A DNA stretch of 63,255 nucleotides, filler included. It is 5 parts of 5 records of this genome, joined end to end, with 100 filler letters (N's around TTAATTAATTAA, not from the genome) between each part and the next. Parts side by side here need not be neighbours in the genome. Positions count along the whole stretch, not along the records: positions 33,227 to 57,102 come from SRR2962707_600; positions 57,203 to 63,255 come from SRR2962707_606; 3 more parts are not named here. One strand, given 5' to 3'. Below are positions 55,234 through 63,255 of this stretch, one piece after another. The position numbers and the translations under genes were made by a program. The notes beneath the pieces are model-generated. The model did not search any database and had not been told where the DNA came from. It saw nothing but the letters and a program-made list of their open reading frames with translations. Each line of letters starts with the position of its first letter. Position 1 is the stretch's first letter.

Positions 55234-57021
55234 CTAAAGATCGTCATCATCAGGGAGGCCGTCCGGATCAAGCGGCTCGGCCTGAGGTGGCAGGGTGGGT
55301 TTAACATGGCGGACTTCTTCAACACTGGCGCCGGGGAAGGCGTCGAGCACCGCTTTGACCAGCGGATGATCGCCGGCCTGAACCCGGGCCTCGGCCGCCT
55401 GCTCGTCACGGGTCTCGGCAATCGTCGGTGCGGAGGCCGCCCGCGCTACGGCAACGCCCCAGGACATCTGGGTATGTTCTTCGAGAAAGCTTTTCAGCTT
55501 TTGCACCATGTCCCGGTCAGCACCGCCGTCTGCACTGAACTCGATCCGGCCCGGCTCGAAGGTGACGATCCGAACCTGATTTTCCAGAAACGCCTGCAAC
55601 AGACCCTCGCGTAATTCTCCGGCCAGTTCGGCAACGGCTTGGAAGTTCGCAAAACGCCGTGCTTCGGGGACCGATGCGGACTGTGCCTGAGCTTCGGACT
55701 GTGGCTGCCTGTCGGGCGCACCTGCGGCCATTCCGGAGCCGCCGCCCGCGGCACTGGCCCGGGCGCCGCCGCCGCTCCCGCCGTTGGACGGGGCACCGGT
55801 TGGCACTGATGTCGACGCGCCGGCATTGCTGCCCTCCTGCAACGCCTTGACGGCATCGCCCGGCGTCGGCAGTTCGGCGGCATAGGCCAGACGCACCAGA
55901 ACCATTTCCGCCGCCGCCAAGGGTGACGGCGCGACGTTGACTTCACTCAGCCCCTTGAGAAGGATCTGCCAGGCACGTGTCAGCACCGGCATCCTGAGCG
56001 TTTCCGATATTTCCTTGCCCTTGGTGCGTTCGTTTTCCGGCACTTCCGGCGCATCGGCGCTTTCCGGCTGAATCTTGATCCGGGTCAGCCAGTGCACGAG
56101 ATCGAGCATATCCTCGATCACCGAGCCCGGGTCAGCCCCATCCTTGTACTGTCCCTGCAGTTCGCCCAGGGCCTGGGCAATCTCGCCGCGCAGAACCGAT
56201 TCCAGCAGATCGAACGTCCGCGTCCGGTCGGCGAGACCAAGCATGTCCCGGACGCGGTCTTCACCAATGGCACCGTCTGCATGTGCGATCGCCTGATCGA
56301 GCAGGCTGAGCCCGTCACGGACGGAACCGTCGGCAGCGCGGGCAATGATATGCAGCGCACCTTCGGATATTTCCGCGCCTTCCTTCTTGCAGATACCGGC
56401 GAAATGGGTGACCAGCAATTCCGTCGGCACCCGGCGAAGATCAAAGCGCTGACAGCGCGACAACACCGTGATCGGCACCTTGCGGATTTCCGTCGTCGCG
56501 AAAATGAAAATGACGTGTTCCGGCGGCTCCTCAAGCGTCTTCAGCAGCGCGTTGAAAGCGCTTTTCGACAGCATGTGAACTTCATCGATGATGTAGACTT
56601 TGTAGCGCGCCGAGGCCGGACGGTATCGCACCCCGTCTATCAGTTCGCGGATGTTGTCGACCCCGGTATTCGAGGCGGCATCCATTTCCAGAACATCGAC
56701 GTGGCGGTCGCCGGCGATGGCGATGCAGTGTTCGCAGACCCCGCAGGGTTCCGTTGTCGGCCCACCGGTGCCGTCGGGTCCGATGCAGTTGAGCGCACGG
56801 GCGATGATCCGTGCCGTCGACGTCTTGCCGACCCCCCGAACCCCGGTCATCACGAACGCATGGTGCAGCCGGTTCGACGCAAACGCGTTGGTCAGCGTCT
56901 TGACCATCGCATCCTGGCCAATCAGCCCCGAAAACGTGCTTGGCCGGTACTTACGGGCCAGCACCTGATACTCGCCGGCGGCGGGCGCATCGGCGATTTC
57001 AGGGGCGGGGCTGTCGTTCAT
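55234..57021 (-). CDS. dnaX: DNA polymerase III subunit gamma/tau
   Basis: YQVLARKYRP, GVRGVGKTS, EMDAAS, IIDEVHMLS, TLEEPP, SRCQRFDL; ATG at 57021. Confidence 0.98.
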   Translation of the reverse strand: MNDSPAPEIADAPAAGEYQVLARKYRPSTFSGLIGQDAMVKTLTNAFASNRLHHAFVMTGVRGVGKTSTARIIARALNCIGPDGTGGPTTEPCGVCEHCIAIAGDRHVDVLEMDAASNTGVDNIRELIDGVRYRPASARYKVYIIDEVHMLSKSAFNALLKTLEEPPEHVIFIFATTEIRKVPITVLSRCQRFDLRRVPTELLVTHFAGICKKEGAEISEGALHIIARAADGSVRDGLSLLDQAIAHADGAIGEDRVRDMLGLADRTRTFDLLESVLRGEIAQALGELQGQYKDGADPGSVIEDMLDLVHWLTRIKIQPESADAPEVPENERTKGKEISETLRMPVLTRAWQILLKGLSEVNVAPSPLAAAEMVLVRLAYAAELPTPGDAVKALQEGSNAGASTSVPTGAPSNGGSGGGARASAAGGGSGMAAGAPDRQPQSEAQAQSASVPEARRFANFQAVAELAGELREGLLQAFLENQVRIVTFEPGRIEFSADGGADRDMVQKLKSFLEEHTQMSWGVAVARAASAPTIAETRDEQAAEARVQAGDHPLVKAVLDAFPGASVEEVRHVKPTLPPQAEPLDPDGLPDDDDL

Positions 57022-57047
57022 GGGGTTCCGTCCACACAGAGTGATAA

Positions 57048-57102
57048 GTGGGAGACCGGACACCGACCCGGGCCGAAACTCGTTACGGCTGCTTCCTTCC
57101 GG
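57048..57102 (-). ncRNA. ffs: Signal recognition particle 4.5S RNA, 3' half (truncated by contig end)
   Basis: Minus strand reads CCGGAAGGAAGCAGCCGTAACGAGTTTCGGCCCGGGTCGGTGTCCGGTCTCCCAC, with the GGAA tetraloop and AGCAG of the S-domain; ffs lies directly upstream of dnaX as in other alphaproteobacteria. Confidence 0.88.
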
Positions 57103-57202
57103 NNNNNNNNNNNNNNNNNNNNNNNNNNNNNNNNNNNNNNNNNNNNTTAATTAATTAANNNNNNNNNNNNNNNNNNNNNNNNNNNNNNNNNNNNNNNNNN
57201 NN
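57103..57202. other. Artificial contig spacer
   Basis: N44-TTAATTAATTAA-N44. Confidence 0.99.
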
Positions 57203-57245
57203 CAAGAGAGAGAGTGTCTCAAGAGAGAGAGATTCTCAGTGAACG

Positions 57246-60200
57246 ATGGCCGACCGTCGTCTCGAAAACCACGCAGGAAGCACCTCGTTCCTTGACGACG
57301 AGGACGACGACGACGACGACGACGACGATAGCACAAGCAGCAGCGACCATCACGAGACAGAACTCGAGGCGCAGCAGCGCTCACTCGAAGGGCTTCTTCA
57401 ATCGGGTTCCACCCGCAACAACGTCAACAGCAGCGGCGGCGGCGATACAGCAAAGAATAACAGTGGCGACGACAATGATATTGATGAAGAAGATGTTGAA
57501 GGAGATGCTGCTGCTGATGCTGCTGCTGCTGCAGAGAAAGGGGCTGTGCCGCCTCGCGTGCGACGCAAGACGAGGATCTCGTCGCCGTTTTTCGCGCGGG
57601 AGGCAGCGATGCTGCAGCGCCGCGCGAGCTCTGGCGTGACGCCCACGCCGCCGAAAACGCGGGCGCCGAAAAAAATATCGTCGCCGTTCCTGGACAATGA
57701 GCAGCCGGCGCCTGTGAGGCGCAGTACTTCTGCTGGTGCGACTCCGAACAAAATTTCGTCCCCATTCTTCGAGGCAGAGAAGGCCGAAATCCGACGCCGC
57801 AGCAGCGTCGCGGCAGGGGCTCGAACAGCCAATGAGTTTGAAGCTAGCCCGCGCGATGGGGCCAGGCGTGGGTCAGTGTTCAATCGGAGCACTGCTGAGA
57901 AGCTGGCTGGCCGCAGGATGTCCAGGAAAGCCAGGGCGTACATGGAGGCTGCCAAGCGAGCTAAAGAGGAAGAAGAGGTGCGAATCCTATGCGTGGCCCA
58001 TACGCCACGCTTGCTTGGCGCCAGGGCAGCATGACTGGGACAAAAGGTTAATCACAACAAAGTGCTTGCGCTTAGCTTCTTTTCCATACCTCTGAAAACC
58101 CTTTGTTGCGAATGCCAGGCCCGTCTTGCTGCCGAGCGGCGCGCGCAGGCAAGCAAAAGCAATGCTTCCGATAGAGTGAAGCGACTGCAAAAAGTGTTCA
58201 TCAAGCCAAAGGTGCGCATGTCTCAATGATACACTTATTGCTTTGCCCATGTTTCTTGCTTTTTGTTTCTTTTATTGCCGTGCCTTCAGTTGCCTCGATG
58301 TTTGACGCGTTTGTTGTTGCGTGTTGGCTCGGGCTTGCAGAAAGACGGGTGGTCACAGTTACTCAACAAGTCAAAGATGCTGAGGCCCAACAAAACCAAC
58401 CTGGACAATTTCAACAAGTCTTTCAAGCTCGCGCATGTAGAGCGTGCCACCACAGAACTTGGCGATATCGGTAGTCTGCTTGAGGACGCACTGGAACTGC
58501 AGGCAGAGCGCAGTGGCACCGTTGTTGAGCCTACTATTCTACGGCCCGCCTATGATTGCGAGCCACTGGACGCCGGTGTAGAACCCGACCTCAGTATGCC
58601 TGACTTTTCGGCACAGTTCCAGGCAGCCGCAGCATTGGAGGGTTTGAAAGAGGGAGGTGTGCTCTCTGTCGACGAAGCACAGCGCTTGATTCGCAGCGGC
58701 TCGGTGAGACCCTTGCCGGACGGGTTCTGGCTCAAAGTCACGGACAAGAAGGGCGAACAGCGATGGGCCAAATTTAGAAAGCCGAAAGACTCGCCCGTTC
58801 TGCGCTATGTTGGACGAAAAGTCGATCAGCCTCCGGCCGGGAAGCGAGACTTGACCAAGGTGCGGTTTTTGCATCGCTGTGCAGTTGTGAAGCAGTGTTG
58901 TGCGCGCGCGGCCGTCTGGCACTTTCATCATACGTGATGCTGCGGTTGGCATGTCATTTGCAGGTCCTCGTTGGGTATGGAGTCGACTCTTTTGAAAAAG
59001 CTCGAGCCTTCTTTGCGTCGCGCGACATGGCAAATTCGCCGCTGTACGACACGGAAGGTAATCCTATCCCGCTATCATTTTCAGCGCGATTTCGCCGCCG
59101 CAAAAAGAAAAGCAGTGCGGACGGTGCAGAGGATGACAGTTGTAGTGACGAGGACGATGAACCAGCTACGTTTTTGTTCTCTCTCAAGCCACTCCGTGAG
59201 GCAGATGCCGATGTCATGCGTGGGGACGTGGACGAGGCTGTGACGGCTGCCATTGATGGTGTTGATGCCGCCGGTGATGCAAATACAGCGGCAGATACCC
59301 AAGAAGTGCAAGAGCTGGCGGCACTGGCATCTGCATCTGCTTCAGAGGGTGACCAGGTGTTGGTGGAATATCACGGGGATGCACAATTGGCTGCGGAACT
59401 CCAAGCAGAAGAATCGCGACAGTGAGTGGTGGATGTCTCGTTTGCGCTGCAGTTGCTGCAGTTCTGTTGCTTCGCACCGTTTTGGTTTTCATGAGCTGTC
59501 ACCTGGACTGGGGTGCAAGGTATGCGCGAGAGCGGCGGCAGTCCATGGCTCGACTGCAAAAGCAGGCGGAGGCAGACCGCAACTTTGCGGAGAAGCTGCA
59601 GCAGATGATGCAAGAGGAGGAAAGTGCGCAAGAGAAATTGGACCGTGCCGCAGCAGAAGAACTCGAGGCCGCGGAGCGGAGCCGTGCACGGGCTTACACG
59701 GACAACCCGTCTGATTCTGAAGACTCGTCATCCGACGACGACATGGAAGCAGACAGCGTTGATGCTGAAGCCGAGGAGGAGTCAAGACGGACACGCGAAG
59801 CAGAGGAGCGTCGACTGCGACGAGATCGCGTGCGCATGGCTGGCGAATTGGACAAGCAGCATCGCAATCTTTCGTGGGAGACCCGATACTTTGTTCTTCA
59901 GGTTTGTTGGTGTTGCGCTGTTGGTGTTGCGCGCACTGGGTACGATTTCTGCTGCCGTCTTATTTTGCAGTTAACACTACTGCTCCTGAAATGCGTATGT
60001 TTGTGCAGGGCGACTTCTTGCATTTCTACTCCATGATGGGTGTGGCCGCAGCCGTGCGGAAGCGTAGTCCTACGGCCAAAGGTCGGTCATTTCAAAGCGC
60101 CAACCATGGGGCGCTGTTGGGGCAATACGAACTCGACGATTTGATTCGTGTGAAGCACAAAAAGCAAGAGAACCGCCGGCGCTTCAAGCTTTACTTTGGC

Positions 60201-61944
60201 GCCAAGCACCTGGAAGCCACTCGTTCTGCGAGGCAGGAACGCGCCCGGACGGCAGCGCCCACGCCCGGCGGGGGAGCAAACGGGCGGCAGACTGTTCGCT
60301 TGAGAGTACGTGCATGCATGCTTTGGGTGATTCTGTGTTGATGCTGCCCTATCGCTGCGCAATTTGGTTTTCATCAGTGTTGCGTACTTTTGGTCTGTTT
60401 GCTTGGCGTTGCTGCGGCAGGCTGCGACAGAGGACGAGGCGGTGGAGTGGGTGACGCAGATTTCAAACTCTTTATCCGATCGTGCGTTTGAGAAGAGAGA
60501 GGCTGCTGCTAAAGCCGCCGCGGACGCTGCTGCGAATGCGGATATGGCTCAACCGGTCGCTCTTGATGCCGAATCTGGCGGCGGATCGAAGGAGCCGCTA
60601 AAACCCAAAAAAGAGGTTCGCACGATTGCTGTCAAAGTGTACATCGCTGTGTCATGTCGTACCGGTTGTCGTGAAATTGCAGCAATGTTGATTAATGGCT
60701 GTTTGTGTTGCTGGTGTTGTATGGTTTATGCAGGCGCCAAGTATTTCTCAAAGCATTGCAGAGTCGCTGTCTGCGTCGATTGAAAAGAACTACGAAAAGT
60801 TAACGAAAGCTGGGTCAGTGTAATTGTGCGGCCCGGCCCTTTCGTTGGTTTTCCTCCTGCCGGTTATTGGACGCGAGTGTGCAAGCCTCGTTATGGCTCT
60901 CTACATGGATTGCTGGTGGCTTTGCTCGTAGGTACGTATTCGAGTCTTTGGAAATATTCACAGAATACCAGTTTGAGAGGGCGTACGCGGCACTGGAAAA
61001 AATTGTGGACACTCAACGAGGCCAGACGGTGAGGCAATTTTCCACTTTCCTGCCGTGTGTTTTTGTGACGGTATAGTATCTGAGAAAATGTCATCGTCGA
61101 GAGGTGCGTGGGTTCAACCTTCTGCGTGCAGGTCCTCATGCTTGAAGCTATGAAGGCGACCGGGAGGCAGCAAGTGACGGACGACGATTATACCGACGCC
61201 TTCATGAATCTTGTCCAGCTGTTGCGTAATGAAGTGACTAAATTTTGTGCACAGTGGTGGCACCGCCAACAGTTGCTTGCCGCCCAGTTGGCCCGGCAAA
61301 ATGCCTTCCGCGACCGCGAGGGCGTGGAGTTGGATCTCGGTGGAGTGCGCGTAAATTCGATAGACGAGGATGTAGCGCAGCGTGTGAACCGTGGCGAGAG
61401 TCGCAGTCCCCGATTTTTTGCCAGTGCCGCTGCCGGGGTGCGCTTTGCGGTGTCCGCACACTCGTCGCGGTCCACGTCCCCCAAGGACGAGGACCACAAA
61501 GGGAATGAATCGGGGAAGGAGAATGTCAGCTACGCAGGTGCTTTGGTGGGTGCGCCAGAAACGAGCGAAGTGGACAGCCCCGCTCCATCACCCAGGCCTC
61601 CAGCCGTTGAAGAAAGTGATTCGTCGACTGACACGAGTGACGACTCCATATCTGACGGCGAGCTTGGAGGTGAAGACACCGAGGAAGGTGCGCGTGCAGA
61701 AGCTACATTGGCGCGACAACGAGAGTTGGAACTAGCTATTGCAGCCGCTGAGCGAGAGGCGGCCGCAGACGTGGAGGCAGCGGCGAGGGAAGCAGCAGCG
61801 GCCGCGGCGCGTGGCGGGGCGGACATAAGGGCCAGTTTTCAAATTTTGCGCCCGCCCGGACCTCCATCCAGCGATGATTCGTCATCTAGTTTGTCAAGCA
61901 GCACAGAAGAGGAGGATGACGATGATGACTCTGTGACGGTTTAA
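57246..61944 (+). CDS. Eukaryotic PH-domain protein, ten exons, about 1221 aa
   Basis: Exons 57246-57977, 58119-58211, 58341-58859, 58964-59421, 59520-59901, 60009-60305, 60421-60615, 60734-60813, 60932-61028, 61132-61944; all GT..AG, 3666 nt in frame. PH domain: MAGELDKQHRNLSWETRYFVLQGDFLHFY...RLRAATEDEAVEWVTQI. Confidence 0.8.
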
Positions 61945-62202
61945 AGGCGACAATTTGAGTGGGGCCGCGTAAAATTATTGGCAAATTAATTAAAATAACA
62001 CTGTGTATTGGCCACAGTACTTCAACCCGTGGGTCAAGATTTCGACACTACTTTTATTACAGTGGGTATAGTTGAGCGCGTAGGCGCAACAACCGAGCAT
62101 TGTTGCGTGAAGTAAAGCGTCAGCGACATCACACGCCAAAGGTGCCGCCGCCGCCGTCACAGACGTCTGTGTCACCACCCATATCGCTGGTCAGAGGATA
62201 CT

Positions 62203-63156
62203 TCACGACAGTTGATAGTTCTCGCGGTCCTCGACGAGGCTAAATAGCGGGCCAACGTGAATTGCCGTTGCGACGCGTAAACTCTTCGGGCCTCCAGCTG
62301 TCCAAACTGGCTCGCCAGGTAGCCGCAAGTCAGCGTCCGACGTCACGTCGTGGGTGTGGTGCGCCTTAGAGTGTTGGCCGCTACTACGACCGCTAGTGCT
62401 CACTATTCTTTCACCACTGACAGCTTGCTTCGAAGCGCTCTGGTTCCCCGTGCCGGAATCTTTTTGTGGCACAGGATATGTCTCATTTGCTGCCGTGGGA
62501 CGCATTGAAGCCTGCACATCTGATCCCTTCGATGCATTCGCACTGCCTGGGGTCCTATCGATAGCTTCGCTGACGGCAACATTGTCAGACGAAGAGCTTT
62601 GTTTTTTTTCGTCGCGAACGCCAGGTTGCTCCTCTTCTAAACTAACACTATCTTCAGATACGGATGCTGGTTTGTCTGCAAGTGAATGGGTTGTTTCCGT
62701 GATCGCCGTAGACGTGGCGGCGGTTGAGCCGCCGCTAGCAACGGCACCTGCGCCAGGGTGTTCCGTTTGGCAGCCATCGGCATCGTCCTCTTCTACTCGG
62801 GACGACTTGCGCTCTATTTCCATCGTCTGCTGAAGAATCTCCTCAGGATCTGGTTTGGGCAGTGGTTCGCCCTGCGCAAGGGCAGTTGCTTCAGCCAGCA
62901 TCTTTGTACGACGCTGGATGAGCAGCAGGCGGTCTTTGATTTTCGGCCGTGCCTTGAACTCTGCCCAAGTCATCAGTTGCAAGTCGTCTTGCCAGTCATA
63001 GCCACCTGGCATGGCGCAAACCAGCGCTGCGAAGCGTCGCACCGCCGCTACAACGTCAGCGTCCAATTCCGGCTTCTTCACCGGGACGTAATACCGGCGC
63101 TCCGCAGCTGCTAGGTCGCGGAATACTTTCTCAGGGTCGAGCGGAGGTATCTCCGG
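62203..63156 (-). CDS. Probable terminal exon of a eukaryotic gene, function unknown (upstream exons outside window)
   Basis: The frame is open from the acceptor ...CGCGTAG| at 63156 (PEIPPLDPEKVFRDL...) to TGA; low-complexity C-terminal part. Confidence 0.55.
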   Translation of the reverse strand, partial: PEIPPLDPEKVFRDLAAAERRYYVPVKKPELDADVVAAVRRFAALVCAMPGGYDWQDDLQLMTWAEFKARPKIKDRLLLIQRRTKMLAEATALAQGEPLPKPDPEEILQQTMEIERKSSRVEEDDADGCQTEHPGAGAVASGGSTAATSTAITETTHSLADKPASVSEDSVSLEEEQPGVRDEKKQSSSSDNVAVSEAIDRTPGSANASKGSDVQASMRPTAANETYPVPQKDSGTGNQSASKQAVSGERIVSTSGRSSGQHSKAHHTHDVTSDADLRLPGEPVWTAGGPKSLRVATAIHVGPLFSLVEDRENYQLS

Positions 63157-63230
63157 CTACGCGTGCGCACCAATGCACCAATAATAACAACAACAACAAG
63201 CAGCAGCAGCGCAGCAACAACGGGTAGCAT

Positions 63231-63255
63231 GAGTGAGTGAGTGAGTGAGTGAGTG
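63231..63255. repeat. (GAGT)n microsatellite at window end
   Basis: Seen directly. Confidence 0.9.

Noticed and set aside
1392..56968. Many long antisense or alternative-frame ORFs (e.g. 6697-7689, 37190-38326, 40115-41248, 47521-48765)
   Set aside because: Shadow ORFs of GC-rich genes with no recognisable motifs; they overlap well-supported CDSs.
55234..57021. Programmed frameshift producing the gamma subunit in dnaX
   Set aside because: I saw no A-AAA-AAG or long A-run slippery site in the linker region.
63157..63230. Minus-strand ATG with a hydrophobic signal-peptide-like run
   Set aside because: It ends in an in-frame TAG that doubles as a splice acceptor. The hydrophobic run is translated GTT/GCT microsatellite, most likely intronic.

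Overview
This window is five unrelated contigs joined by artificial 100-nt spacers (N44-TTAATTAATTAA-N44). Contig 1 (1-17796) is Rhizobiales-like chromosome: a GcvT/DMGDH-type oxidoreductase with its LysR regulator, an MCP, an Fe3+ binding protein, a NemR-like TetR with an MDR reductase, an aldo-keto reductase, allE, a beta-hydroxyacid dehydrogenase, a diguanylate cyclase, an HWE kinase, tRNA-Ile2(CAT), a SIMPL protein, a GNAT and a SnoaL-like protein. Several operators are readable there. Contig 4 (33227-57102) is Rhodospirillales-like core chromosome (argB, dapD, dapE, truA, fmt, def, rmuC, recR, ybaB, dnaX, partial SRP RNA). It is interleaved with accessory genes: a PAS-GAF-GGDEF cyclase with two LRV/DUF2336 paralogs, two pentapeptide-repeat paralogs, a PolB-like exonuclease with a PAS_5 gene splitting dnaX from ybaB-recR, and an unknown ~347-aa protein. 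Contigs 2, 3 and 5 are intron-containing eukaryotic (protist-like) DNA. Manual splicing gives a 2227-aa KCNH/CNG-like K+ channel with a very long disordered tail, a 418-aa ERGIC-53/VIP36-like lectin, an uncharacterised glycoside-hydrolase-like protein with an inserted WSC domain, and a 1221-aa PH-domain protein. I found no CRISPR array, transposase, integrase or prophage. The best candidates for undescribed systems are the DGC-DUF2336x2 operon, the pentapeptide/exonuclease insertions among DNA-repair genes, the giant channel with many HxRxxS motifs, and the GH-like/WSC protein. All family assignments come from motif recognition by eye; no database search was run.
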